Below, one piece after another: positions 46,411 through 58,900 of a stretch of 64,000 nt of DNA; position 1 is the first letter of the stretch; every line of letters starts with the position of its first letter. Under the pieces are notes generated by a model that worked only from the letters and a program-made list of their open reading frames with translations, was not told the DNA's origin and ran no database searches. This stretch comes from Zancudomyces culisetae HAW-14-8 (lineage: Eukaryota > Fungi > Kickxellomycota). The stretch is from positions 744,001 to 808,000 of the forward strand of contig JBNJNM010000009.1 in assembly GCA_052426225.1 (NCBI GenBank), read 5' to 3'. A program made the position numbers and the translations under genes.

Positions 46411-47467
46411 TTATCAGATTAAATAAATTGTTTCTTATCTGATTCCCAACACACTATATGGGCAATTAGCCGCTTATAACTTTGTGTGACCCTTGATATC
46501 TCACATTAACAAATAGTAACACAACATACACAATACAATAAAAGTCAATAAGTCATCCCATTAATCTGCCCAATCTCATCATCAGTTCTAATTCCAGTTC
46601 CTTTAGTCCTAACTAATATCAACTCAATTGAAAATCTTTTAAGCATAACCATTGGTTTACCTTTTGGTAAAATACCCCTCTCTCCTTTAGAACGCTTTTT
46701 TTTTAGATATTTTTCGCCCCGAAAGTAATGATGATTGTATATCCTATTGTTATAAATTACACGGATATAACAATACCGTCATTTTAGTGGATCAAGACTA
46801 ATTAACCCCAAAATTCATTATCTGATTATATGGCCAAATATCATAACCTAGAGGGGCGATGCTAACAGCATCACCAAACAAGGGTGATTCCTCTTTTGTG
46901 TTGAAAAAAATTTTTTTTTCAAAGTTCAGATCGAATCTACCAATACTGTAGCCCACACCACTTAATACCATTATTTTTGTTGTTATTCTGGAATTCCGCT
47001 GTAGCCATTTTATTTGTGTATTTCAAATTGGAATATAATATTTCGTCATCTCTTGTCTTCAATAATATTAAAGGTTAACCATTTGAGAACAGGATGGCCA
47101 TTACTGGCTATTACATCAACACCTTTACTCAAATATCAATAACATACGAAAACACATGATAATGATACGCTATAGCTGAGACACGTTTGGTAATAACATA
47201 ACACAGACTGAAAATGTAACTATTAAAAGGGGAAATCTTTGTCATTTACAAGGTATTTTTTTCTCACATGCAAATAGGTGGAATTGTTGAGGATTTACAT
47301 CACAATAATGTAGATGTCTCTTATCAGATTATGGGTAATCAAAACTCTGACTTATACTAAGGAGTAAAAAAATTTTTTTTGTAAGCTATCTAGACTCCGA
47401 AAAATCAATATAAATACCTACTCTTTTCCCAACTCGGTCGTTTTTCGATTACTTTTCTTTATCAGAT
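46411..47467 (-). promoter_or_regulatory. Five ATCWGATAA extended GATA boxes (SreA/Fep1-type iron-repressor consensus)
   Basis: TTATCWGAT on the + strand at 46411, 46435, 46818, 47321 and 47459, all co-oriented. TATAAATA at ~47409. Confidence 0.8.
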
Positions 47468-47675
47468 TACATAGTGTAATTAGTGTGGACAACTAATACA
47501 TCATTGTTTGTACAACATTTATAAGCTTATTTATACTATTTAACATCTTATAGTTTTTAACCAACTCTGTCAAAGCACAAATCCGCTTATAGTATCAGTA
47601 TCTGGAGTGTAGGGTATATACAAATAAAATATCTAGCTTTAAGCACTATATCAAACAAGTACTTCAATAAAAACA

Positions 47676-49379
47676 ATGGCTGAGGACAAGGTAGTACACA
47701 GGATTTCCTTTACAAACAAAGGGATAATTATTGTGGCCGTAATTGCCCAGATAATTTACCTCATAGTAAGTTTTGTGAAGGCTACTAGAGGTACCACATT
47801 TGCTCGGACATTTTTCCGATCAACCTATAATCCAATAAGCTACAATCTACTCTTAGTTTTTCTTCTATCATCGGTTTCTGTGATGAACATTCTTAGAAAA
47901 TTCATCTTGGACAGAATGAGCAGGCTGCTAAAGCCAAGCACCCGAAAGAAGTGGCTCTTTTTCAGCGGTTGGAGAACAATTAGAATGGAAAACACTTTGA
48001 GTCTCCATCTATTGTTTACCTTGGGCTTTGTATTCTGGAGTGTTTTGCATTCCGCTCTAGGAGTGTATAGGTATTATAATCCAACAATTATAATCACATA
48101 TCCAGGCGCAGGTAAAGCAGGCTTTGATCCACATCTCGCTGCATTAGATGGGCTACTTAGCATTAGAAGTGGTACTGGGCCAGGTGAACCCATAGTGACA
48201 GTTAAGCGCGTGCGGTACAAGTATTTTGTGACTGGCTTGATCGATATGAGTATTCTCTTTGTGCTTGTTCTTTTTACGCTGCCACCAATCAGACGCAGAT
48301 TCTACGAACTCTTCTACTACACACATCATCTGTTCTACGCAGTGGTTGTGGCAACATTATTACATGTTAAGATATCGGATAACAAAGTCTGGGTACCTGG
48401 GGTTGCTATATATGTCATCGATAAACTTTACAGGATGACAAAAGTCCAACTCTCCAACAAGGAGCCAATTTCTGTTAAAGACTGGACAGCATCAACATAC
48501 GAAATAAGGGTTAAACCAACCGAGAGGATCAAAAGAATGCTGACCTATGGGCAATATGTTCACATCAACTGTCCGGAGATTTCAAAATTGGAATGGCACC
48601 CATTTGATATTGCCAATATAAAAGGTGATGAGTACTTGAATATTTACATTAAAAAAGATGGAAAATGGACACAACAACTTTATAATTTACTGTTTGACAA
48701 TGGAGCTAGTACTACGTCATCGTTAAGTGAACAAGGTCGTGTGGAAGTAACAGACAAGGCATTGGAGTCATTCAGTGATGAAGTTGATTTGGGTCTTAGC
48801 AATGCAGATGGAATAAAACCTAAACGCATAATATTAACTGACAAGATAAGTATAGGAATAACAGGCTGTTATGAATCTATATACAAATATGTATTCGAAA
48901 ATCAAGTAATTGCCTTAATAGCTACTGGTACTGGAATTGCAACAAATGCCTCCATTATTCGTTACTTTTTGGCTCGCCCCGAGAAAGTTAAAACAAAGAA
49001 AATATATCTAGTATGGTCCTATAGGGAGCCAGAAACAATAGGAATGCTGTATGATCTGATAAAATCCATTTCGGATAAACAATTGTGGAACTCATCCATA
49101 TTTTTCTATATTTACTGTACTAAAAAGGCAGATGAATCTTTTGAAAAAGTTGTCATAAGCGAGTTTTTAACCAACCAGATAAAATATACTATTGGAGAGC
49201 GACCAAACTACAAAAGCATACTTCGATCAATTGCAGATGATAATGCCGACAGCACGGTTGGTGTTACATTTGTTGGAAATAGAGCCACTCAGCGATCTGT
49301 ATCTCGTAAATGCAATGCGGTGAACAGAACAAGATCTGTAACGGCAAAGATCAACTTTTATCACGAGTATTACAATTAA
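47676..49379 (+). CDS. Ferric reductase / NADPH oxidase family flavocytochrome b
   Basis: Two bis-His pairs (LHLL...VLHS and THHL...LLH), GQYVHINCPEISKLEWHPF, ATGTGIA, YLVWSYRE. Confidence 0.92.
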   Translation: MAEDKVVHRISFTNKGIIIVAVIAQIIYLIVSFVKATRGTTFARTFFRSTYNPISYNLLLVFLLSSVSVMNILRKFILDRMSRLLKPSTRKKWLFFSGWRTIRMENTLSLHLLFTLGFVFWSVLHSALGVYRYYNPTIIITYPGAGKAGFDPHLAALDGLLSIRSGTGPGEPIVTVKRVRYKYFVTGLIDMSILFVLVLFTLPPIRRRFYELFYYTHHLFYAVVVATLLHVKISDNKVWVPGVAIYVIDKLYRMTKVQLSNKEPISVKDWTASTYEIRVKPTERIKRMLTYGQYVHINCPEISKLEWHPFDIANIKGDEYLNIYIKKDGKWTQQLYNLLFDNGASTTSSLSEQGRVEVTDKALESFSDEVDLGLSNADGIKPKRIILTDKISIGITGCYESIYKYVFENQVIALIATGTGIATNASIIRYFLARPEKVKTKKIYLVWSYREPETIGMLYDLIKSISDKQLWNSSIFFYIYCTKKADESFEKVVISEFLTNQIKYTIGERPNYKSILRSIADDNADSTVGVTFVGNRATQRSVSRKCNAVNRTRSVTAKINFYHEYYN

Positions 49380-51321
49380 TAACCTTTCAATTTATTAACT
49401 TTATTCACATTAGTATATTTTAAATTTTGTATTTTTTCGAAAATAAATTCATTTTTTTAATTTAATTGAATATACAACATGAGAATTCGCATGACCTACA
49501 AATATCATTGGTAAGTTATGAGATTGTAATCTCAGATGCTTGTGATGGGTTTGTTATAACCCGATTTCCATGAAAACTGTTAAGAGTTGAAATACCATTA
49601 AATCGAACCAATAGATACCAAATGGGACGCTTTAATATAGTGAAATTTTTGAATATCAAACAGGAGGGATAAGCTAAAAAAAGTCTCTATATGAAGCTCA
49701 ATTATTTTTTGGACTCCTTGGATTTATCTTGAATCAACACCTGGATGATATGGTGTTGTTAGAAGGAAGGAAGAGAATGGGCTAAGTGAACGTTATGTAG
49801 GATATGCTTTGTATTATATGTTATATTCACTTAAAAAATCCATTCTGTAACACAAATGAGAAATGGAAATAAAAACAAATGTCATTATATTTAGATACAC
49901 CCGATTTAGTCAAAATATTAAGATTTAATGATTTACTTGGTGCGTATTTATTTTTCAATTTGATAAAATTTTCTTTTACACGACTTTTTTACATACGAAA
50001 ATATTTATAATGAATCAATCCTTCGATACTAGCCTGTGACATAAAACCAGTTATCAATACATCGATCCTTTGACGCCCATCCCTTTAATCCCTTTAATCC
50101 CTTTAATCCTCGTATTGACAAAAATTATTTAAAAAACATAGTATTTTCTGGTGTTCAGGATTGGGCTCATTTCTAGACTGTTTCTGTTTTTAGATGTTTT
50201 GGCTCAGGGTTGTGATACATTAAAAAATTTTCTTTAGACAATGTAAGGACCCAAAAAAAAAACAATCCAAATTACTAAACTACATTTGAATTGGAGCAGA
50301 CGGGTTATCTTGAAGTTTATTCTAGTCCTATTGCACTTCAAAATTGCTTTTTCTTATTAATCGCCAATTTTTGGTTTGCAAAGAAAAAATATTGCAACTT
50401 CTACACAAATTATCCAGTAACTCTGATTGTGTATTGGCTGATTATTTATAGTTTTGTTAAGAAAAGCCAATTAAAATTTTTAATCAAACATAATGCTTAC
50501 CTAAGAAATTAGTTGCTTCACAAAACATGTGTTGGCATCTCATTCAAGATTACTTTCATGTTGGTGCTACCAAAGTGAATCACTACCTTCAATGCTACCT
50601 GAGCCAGAGCTATTTTCAGATTCCCTCCCCTTGTGTATACATTACTTTTTTGTTATTTACCTAATTAAACCAGTTGTAATTATCCATATTTATTAAATTC
50701 GAGGATAACACTGAATGATCAAAAATAGCACACCAAGAAATTGCAAAAAGCCTGCCTAACAGCATATCTTTATTGCATTTCAGGTAAAAATCCAACATTC
50801 GCCCCAACGACCAGCCTATAATTGATACACAGTTTTCGGCCAAGACTAGCTTATTACTAATGCCATATCCATAGAGAGCGTAGATATATACGTATAAATA
50901 ACACGGGATGTGTAACACCCCAAAGCTGAGGCATTACCTAAGTGTTTTGCCGATTCTCTACAGCTTTTACAATGTAGTTGAACTACCTGATCGATAATAT
51001 GTAATAACAAGGGGTAACCTACTTATCCAAATGGCCAGGACAATAGCATTAATAATTCATTGAAAGTGTAGAGGATATTTACAAACCAAAAGCTTGAAAA
51101 TTGAGAAGCTTTGTAATGTACTAAACCTATTTCAAATTCGGCAGTTTTGTTAATAGTTGGTTGATAGAAAAGGTGTACTTTTTTAAGTACGATTTGACAA
51201 AAATTTCACTTTCAACAGGTAGCATAAAGGTAGATTAGAATCTATATAAATAGTTTCGTTTCGCCATGTAAAGGCTTCTGTTCCATTAGCTTTTTCAAAC
51301 ATTAAAAAATAATATTGTAAA

Positions 51322-53277
51322 ATGAAAACCGGTGGTTTAAGTAGCATTTTGTATATTGGCGCATTAGCTTCCTCGGCAATAGCTGAAGAGCAAGGAGGTC
51401 AAATTGCCCGTAACATTCATAAGTTAAAGATAGGAGATACCGCCAGGTTGCGTCGTAGACAAGCCGCCCTGACAACAGTAGTCATACCTGGATACACAAA
51501 CTCTGGCATTACGGTTTCCAATATTATAATTCCTGGATTTACAATTCCCGGAACTACAAGAACCGGAACCACAATATCTGGTACTACAATACCTGGCGTT
51601 ACAATAAATCCAGCCACATATACCATAAGCGGACCAACTGCAATCCCTGGGTTGACAATATCTGGTATTGTTACTATACCTGGGTTTACAGTAGAACCAT
51701 CAAGCACATCATCAAGCACTGATACTTCAAGCACTAACACTTCAAGCGCATCATCAAGCACTGATACTTCAAGCACTGATACTTCAAGCACTGACACTTC
51801 AAGCGCATCATCAAGCACTGATACCTCAAGCACCGACACTTCAAGCATATCATCAAGCACTGATACCTCAAGCGCATCATCAAGCACTGATACTTCAAGC
51901 ACTGATACTTCAAGCACTGATACCTCAAGCACCGACACTTCAAGCGCATCATCAAGCACCGATACTTCAAGCACTGATACCTCAAGCACTGATACCTCAA
52001 GCACTGATACTTCAAGCACTGATACCTCAAGCATATCATCAAGCACTGATACCTCAAGCACCGACACTTCAAGCGCATCATCAAGCACTGATACCTCAAG
52101 CACTGATACTTCAAGCACTGATACCTCAAGCATATCATCAAGCACTGATACTTCAAGCACTGACACTTCAAGCGCATCATCAAGCACTGATACTTCAAGC
52201 ACCAACACTTCAAGCACTGATACCTCAAGCACTGATACTTCAAGCACTGATACTTCCTGTACTACAACATCAGGCACTGATACACCAAGCACTACAACAT
52301 CAACCATCACTACATCATATACCCCAATCACCACTACTTCCACTGTATATCCAACTGGACCAGTAACTGTCACCACAACTGTTACAATTCCAGGATGTAG
52401 CTCTTGCACAATTGTAACCACCATAACTGTCACTCCAAATACCACTGGAGCTCCTGGTTGTAGCACTGAACCAGTAACTGTAACCGTCACACCAAGTATA
52501 CCAGGATGTACCTACTGCACTGTCCCAACTACAGTCACATATACACCTGTCCCCACCACAACCGTCTACACCACTGATGTATTACCAACAACTACAACTG
52601 TGTACCCCAACCCCACTGGAGCTGTCACAACAATAGTTATAACTGTGTATCCAACTGTGCCTACCACAACTATTGCTTACCCAACCGTGCCTCTCACAAC
52701 TATTCCTTACCCAACCGTGCCTTTCACAACTATTCCTTACCCAACCGTGCCTCTCACAACTATTCCTTACTCAACTGTATCTCTTACAACTATTCCTTAC
52801 TCAACTCTACCACCAACTATACCAACAGTTGCTCCTGCTTCAACATTTGTTCCTGCTATCACCACATTTGCAACCCCAGATACCTGCAGTTGTCCAGTGG
52901 CTCCTAAGCCATCTAATTGTGTTCCTGTGACATTCTACCCACCAACTGTCACCATAACACCAACTGTAACCGTCACTGCCGCATGTGAAACAGTAACCTT
53001 CTACCCTTCCTCACCAACTTTGCCCCCATTTACCAGCGACACTGCATCAACACAATACCCACAGACATCCGCTCCAACTCCAGCTTCAACTCCAGCTTCA
53101 ACATCGACTTCGACTTCAACCACATTTATGACACTAACCGTTACTAGATCAACAAACTCATCCACAGATACTTCATTTGTACAAACATCATCAAGCTCTG
53201 TTGAGACTGAGACTGAGACTGAGACATGTATCACAGATCCTGTGGTATCAACCATCTATGTTACTGCCTCAGTTTAA
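51322..53277 (+). CDS. Secreted Ser/Thr/Pro-rich mucin/adhesin-like protein with IPGxT N-domain
   Basis: Signal peptide, RRRQAA, IPG[FT]T repeats, SSTDT array, two PGCxxC modules and YPTVPLTTIP repeats. Confidence 0.9.
   Translation: MKTGGLSSILYIGALASSAIAEEQGGQIARNIHKLKIGDTARLRRRQAALTTVVIPGYTNSGITVSNIIIPGFTIPGTTRTGTTISGTTIPGVTINPATYTISGPTAIPGLTISGIVTIPGFTVEPSSTSSSTDTSSTNTSSASSSTDTSSTDTSSTDTSSASSSTDTSSTDTSSISSSTDTSSASSSTDTSSTDTSSTDTSSTDTSSASSSTDTSSTDTSSTDTSSTDTSSTDTSSISSSTDTSSTDTSSASSSTDTSSTDTSSTDTSSISSSTDTSSTDTSSASSSTDTSSTNTSSTDTSSTDTSSTDTSCTTTSGTDTPSTTTSTITTSYTPITTTSTVYPTGPVTVTTTVTIPGCSSCTIVTTITVTPNTTGAPGCSTEPVTVTVTPSIPGCTYCTVPTTVTYTPVPTTTVYTTDVLPTTTTVYPNPTGAVTTIVITVYPTVPTTTIAYPTVPLTTIPYPTVPFTTIPYPTVPLTTIPYSTVSLTTIPYSTLPPTIPTVAPASTFVPAITTFATPDTCSCPVAPKPSNCVPVTFYPPTVTITPTVTVTAACETVTFYPSSPTLPPFTSDTASTQYPQTSAPTPASTPASTSTSTSTTFMTLTVTRSTNSSTDTSFVQTSSSSVETETETETCITDPVVSTIYVTASV
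51700..52257 (+). repeat. Coding minisatellite, 15-bp unit TCAAGCACTGATACY (SSTDT) with 9-nt spacers
   Basis: Read directly. Confidence 0.95.
52648..52810 (+). repeat. Coding 30-bp repeat, about x5 (YPTVPLTTIP)
   Basis: Read directly. Confidence 0.9.
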
Positions 53278-53813
53278 CTAGTATGATTCATTTTTTATCT
53301 AACTCTTTTTTTTTTTTGTTTGTTTGTATATTAAAAATCAATTTTTGGTCAGTAAATTGTCAATATAGAAACAATAAAATCAATGAGTAGCTAAAATTAA
53401 AAAGTGATACATACTCAAACATCCGTGGAATCCTATTCCAAATATCACGGTGTTAATCCCCTTTTTTACCAATCTTCTATACTCCTTTTCTACAACCATA
53501 AAATTTTATATCAAAGGATATCCAAACAATATATTTATTAACATGAAAAGGAAGTCATGTTCCAACAAAATAATATGTGAATGACGATAAAATGTGATTA
53601 AAGTAATTCTGTAAAGCTAAGTGTTCTTGTCAAAGATTCTTGAACATAAATAATAACCTGCAGTACAACAAGGAAAAACTGAATTTATATCAGCGAAAAA
53701 CCGCTTCGCCCTTTCTTGGTTCTTTCGCAATGATTAAACAACGTTTTTTTTCTTAAAAAAACAATCAGGTGTATTGGTGATCAAAAAAACCATAAAGCAA
53801 AGAACATATACAA

Positions 53814-54528
53814 TTAGTACTTTTCACCAAAAAGCGTCACCAAAACACGCCTTTGGTGAGTGTCAATTCGATGTTCGTTCAACCAGATCCTGTTTATTAC
53901 AACAGTATATTGAAAAAGAAAATGATGGTTAGCTGAAGAAAATATACATTATTCTCACAAAAAAGAAGAAAAAAAACTGAAATACAGTGTGTATGTGTGT
54001 AACCGTAGCTTGTACTTACCCTTGCCAAGTTCCAAGACCAAGTTTACCATTAGAAATAGGAATGCTTAAAGAAACGCCCATTAAAGAAGACTTTACATGC
54101 CCTGGCTACCTCAAATAAGTAAAATACATATATTGAGTAAAATACAGTAAGAGTGTTTCTATGGACCAAACAATCTTGAGGAATCCGGATATCTCTACCA
54201 TTTATACAAAGATAAACTGAAATGTATTTATATTTAAATGTGAAAATACCATGTCATCTCGTCCTTCATAAGTGTGAATATAGGGTGCGTTTTCAGGTGC
54301 GATTTTATCCAAAATCATAGTCATATCCGTTCGCACATCTGGATCTGCGTTTTCGTTTAAGGTTAGAGAGGCACTGGTGTGTTGGAGAAAAATGTTTGCC
54401 ATACCAATTTTGTAATCTTTTAGTTGAGGATTGATTTTGTTGACAATCTCGTTTGTTACTAGGTAGCAGCCTTTCTTGCGAGGCTGTAATGCAAAGGATA
54501 CCTGTGACCAACCACTACTGCCGCTCAT
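53814..54528 (-). CDS. UPF0047/YjbQ family protein, three exons
   Basis: HTSASLTLNENADPDVR, EGRDDM|PGHVKSSL, LGTWQG|IWLNEHR; GT-AG introns. Confidence 0.93.
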
Positions 54529-54847
54529 ATTCGTATATTTATAATCAAGTAATCTGAAGATTGAAAATCTATGTACTATAAGAAAAGATACAAGCAAAAA
54601 TATCGGTGGGTAAAAGAAAATCAAACATTTTGGTTTGGTAAGCATTTTTTTCAAGTTAAGTGGAGAGGAGGTGATGAACTTTTTTTATTCCCAAAAAAAT
54701 TTTTAGTGTTAAAGACAATAAATTGGAGGAAAATGTATAAACTACGGTTACTATATAGGGAGGAGGGGTGAAAGAAAAAGTCGGAGCAGCCAACCTCGGG
54801 TGGGGGGGTGGTGATCAAATGCATGAATGACATCTATAAACAGTAAA

Positions 54848-55963
54848 CTAAAAAGGGGTATATTGAGTAAAAAAGCTAGAAAGCCACCGCACAGCATCAA
54901 CAGTGGTGGCGATACGGTCCTCAGCATCATCAATTAGCAGCTCACCGGTATCTCTAATAACAGGCCAGAGTGTGGCAGTAGTCACAGAAGAGTGGTCGGG
55001 AGGGGTAGAGTCGGCGGAATCGAAAAGAGGAATGGATAGTCTGTTCCAAAACCAGTTGGGATTTGGAGTGGAGGTGCCTGCGGGCAAAGTCTGGGAGGTG
55101 CTTCCGGAAGATTTTGGTTTTTGGAGGAGTCTCTGAGCAGATCTTCTGGAAGATTTATTCCTAGAAGGGGAAGAAGAAGAGTCGTTGAGAGAAGTGGGAG
55201 CTAGCTTGATGACAAAGGTTGAGCGGTTTTTCCTCTGCTTCGTTCCTGTCAGACGAATAGGAGTGGGTTGGGAATCATCGACCTCAGACTCAGATTCAAA
55301 GTCGGTGGGCAACAGCTCTTCTTCCTGGCGAAACACAACCATACATCGTTCTACTTGTCTGTTAAATGTGATTTTGGGCTTCTTTTCCTCCCGAAACAGT
55401 GTGTCAGTACTTCCGTTCTGGGACCCAGCAAGATCAACGTCCTTCATTTGGATGACAGGTTTGTCATCGATGCTGTTTTCTTTTACATGATAGTAATATA
55501 ATGTAGGCGTAGGCGAACCAAGTAGGTCCAGGGGTGATTTTTTCTTGAGCGCTGACTTGAGCCTGCTGTTGTTAATAATATTATTCTGTCGCTTGAACAC
55601 TGGGCCGTATAAAAACACTTGATCTGCATCTTTATTCCAATTGATTTTTTCCGGTGGGTATAGCGTTTGCTGCCTGCATACGTAATAATTTCTAAATAAT
55701 ACATTCACTATTCTGACCAGTGTCTTGAGCTCGTCCTTCAAAATCTGCTTTTTTTCTTCGTTTACTATTTTTAACATTTTTCGCAGCCGCAGATTTTCCT
55801 GTTTCTGTCGCTTTTGCTTGTTTAATTCTTTTAGCGTTAGTAGTGAGGTCATAACATCCCAATCGTACAGAAAGTAATCTACTTTTAGCTCTAATGAGGG
55901 ATACCTCTCTGTTATACTTGTGTTTGCCAGCAGCAGTACATCTGCCATCTCATACTCCGCCAT
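54848..55963 (-). CDS. Reg1-like PP1 regulatory subunit (DUF1752-type N-domain)
   Basis: VDYFLYDW, PEKINWNKDADQVFLYGP, KSALKKKS and an RVxF-type KITFNRQVERCM. Confidence 0.8.
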   Translation of the reverse strand: MAEYEMADVLLLANTSITERYPSLELKVDYFLYDWDVMTSLLTLKELNKQKRQKQENLRLRKMLKIVNEEKKQILKDELKTLVRIVNVLFRNYYVCRQQTLYPPEKINWNKDADQVFLYGPVFKRQNNIINNSRLKSALKKKSPLDLLGSPTPTLYYYHVKENSIDDKPVIQMKDVDLAGSQNGSTDTLFREEKKPKITFNRQVERCMVVFRQEEELLPTDFESESEVDDSQPTPIRLTGTKQRKNRSTFVIKLAPTSLNDSSSSPSRNKSSRRSAQRLLQKPKSSGSTSQTLPAGTSTPNPNWFWNRLSIPLFDSADSTPPDHSSVTTATLWPVIRDTGELLIDDAEDRIATTVDAVRWLSSFFTQYTPF

Positions 55964-58900
55964 TTTATCCGCTTTTACAACCTCACAAGGCTTGATATAA
56001 TTACAATTTTCGTTTTATATGCTTAAATTCTTCTCTAGTGATTTTTGGTGTGCTATAAGTTGCTTTTATATACAGTGTGCTCTTGTTGTTGTTGTATATC
56101 CGCAATTTGTGGTTTGTCCCCAAATGATTAGTTGTTCCTTTTCATTGTAATTACCAATTCTGCCCTTGTACTATTTTTATCAAACCGCTTTTTTATGCTT
56201 TTACTAATTTTCTTTTAATTTGTTTTTTTTACAGTTAATTTTGGAATATTCCAATAGCCGTAAATAATGAGGGGATGTGAGAGGGCAAATAAAGCACGTA
56301 ATTTGTAAACTTTGTTTAATTGGTTTCTAGTGAATAAGACCTGATATTTAAGGTCTCGCTGTTGTGAAAAAAAAAAGCTATATAATAATCAAACACTACT
56401 AACTAACTGGGTTTGCAATTATGGTCACCAACACTATTTTTTGTTTGGTCTTGATATGCTAACATCGTCAGAGAGTAGTTTGTTTTAATATTCATACACA
56501 ACTTTTTCCACAATATGAGCACTCCACTTTATTGTGTATTCCATGCCGCCTCTTAGTTATCTTTACCAGTAAATGGATAGATTTAAAAGTTGGCATTCAA
56601 GATAAAACATAAATCTGTCTCTTTAGGAAAACAAACCACATTTCGCTGTGTAAAAATGGGGAGAGTGTGTGGAACTGTATGTATATTTGGTAATATTACT
56701 GCTATTTTAACCCCATTTAGACTGTTCCGACTTTTCACCTCCAATAACGGGAATGATGTATTTTTATTTTTTTTAGAATCCTTGGGTTTTTTTTTGGCTA
56801 CTATTTGTTGGCTCGCATTCTATGGATTTTATCAATTAATATTCCCATGGCGCTAGAATCATGTGGGCCTTTTTTAATATCAGCTTCGGTAATGCCGTTC
56901 GCCATACCCCCCCTCTTCATGCTTTTTAATCTATGGATCAAAACGTTTTATGCGCGGTTAGTAATACTGCATTTCATTTATTCCCGATTATACTTTGAAC
57001 TCACAACTACTTTTTCTTTTTACTGTGAAGTATCATCACTTATTAACTTTAGTGAATCGATACATCTGCCATCAAAATTATTCAACAGAATCGAAAACCA
57101 TATGTTAATTTAATCCTACTTTTGACAAGAGATAGCTACATGTGATCAAACCCAACTTGGATCATTTCTTGTTTCAAGCCTGTCACAGTTCTTTATATCT
57201 GATCATTTCAACAAATATCACCACCCCTTTTAAAATCCAGATTGATTATAGAACAACGGTTATACTTGTGCATATCAGTAAAAACAATGGATTCGATGGT
57301 ACAAGCTGTGGAGGTTTTTTTTTGTATTCCGAGCCTCAACTCTTATCGATCCAAAGTGCTGATATAAAATCTGACTTTCAGCTCTTCGTACTGTTGCGAC
57401 TTTATAAAACTATATTTACCCTACTGCCTATTTAACCTTTATTATTCCAATCTTGAATAATTAGACATAGTAAACTTGGACTAGGATATTATTAATATCA
57501 CCTGTATTACACGCCTAAATATTACTTTAAAACTACCACCCTCCCCCCTATAACATCTCCGCCCATTAAAAAATGCAATAAAAAACTTGCTATTTCAAAC
57601 TCAAAACACACTCTCTATTCATAAATAGTTTCACTTGTATTTCAGAATAATTTCCTAGAAGAAAAGTTCTTATGAGCTGCACTAAAAGAAGGTAGCTAAT
57701 ATGACATGAACGATAATTAAAGAGAACGAATATTTTTGATGGATCATTTTTTTAGATGTAACTTTAAATAGAATAGCAGGAGTTTCACTCCGTCTAACTA
57801 GTTAATGTAAGAGTGGCCAGATATTACTTTTTATCAAGGCATTTCAAAATATAGCCAACATTTGCTAGGTTCAAAAAATGCCAATTATTTGTGTGATATC
57901 GCCATAAGCGCTAACACAGTCGTATATTTATGTCTACTTGATTTATCGATAAGCAGGCTATGGTCTTCAAAGTAGTTTTGTAAACCACAGCCAAGCTAAC
58001 AATATAACAGATTAAGATTAATAACAAAGATCAGAATACCGATAGTGATATCCTACCAATGCATCTAGTTTGAATACGCAAAAAAACTGTGTATATTATA
58101 AAGCTAACTAAATAAGAGTTGATAACAAATCCACTGTGGTCGATTACTAGCAAACAAAAAAATATGGTGTTTATATCTTGTTCTAAGTTTAAATTCTCAT
58201 CAAACCATTAGTATGTTGTACAAGCAATTATTGGTTTCATGTATATTGTCAAGTACTTTGTGATTAACCAGGTTAGGGCGCGACAATATCTAATAATTGA
58301 AAAATAGCATGTGTGTTAGCCCACAATATTATTCGCTGTATATACTGCATAGGTGTATACCGTATATACAAGGCCCTTAGTTAAGCACTAATGGATAGAA
58401 TCATAAATGTGCACTCGTTGCAGAGTAATAGATTCAGTTTTCCCTTAGTGCTATGAGCAGGCCGAGTAAAATATCGCTAAGTCATTATTTTTGTTACACG
58501 CTGCAAATGTAGTAGTAAAACGGAAATATACAAGTCATTTCTGATGCCCATACCATATATGAAATAGTATTTTTGCTAGCCTTCTTTAAATCCCTGAACT
58601 AGGCTTACAACAAACAGATAAAGTAAGGGATCTCAAAAAAAGATATGCATAGTTGTGTAAGGGTTGGACAAGAAAAAAAATAGGCACAGAGGATATAATT
58701 AAAGAAACACAAAGAGAGATGTAGAAAAGTAGGGTGCATTTTTGAAAAGTACAAAGTCTACTACCACCAAACAACCGCTTTAGCTGGAATTAAAAGAAAA
58801 TCAAAGTAGTACTTTGGAGAGCTAGAGTGGTAGTAGCTTGTCTCATTTATGAGGATTTACTCATAAACGTTAGTAAAATTGTAACTATTTGTTCCCGAAA

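Noticed and set aside
50079-50109. (ATCCCTTTA)x3 as an interstitial telomere
   Set aside because: Only three units and not a TTAGGG-type repeat.
51700-52257. CRISPR-like array
   Set aside because: No unique spacers; it is an in-frame coding minisatellite in a eukaryotic gene.
51417-52490. Long antisense ORFs over repeats and conserved genes (also 11770-12306, 43279-43938, 61927-62772)
   Set aside because: These are shadow frames of low-complexity or biased coding sequence.
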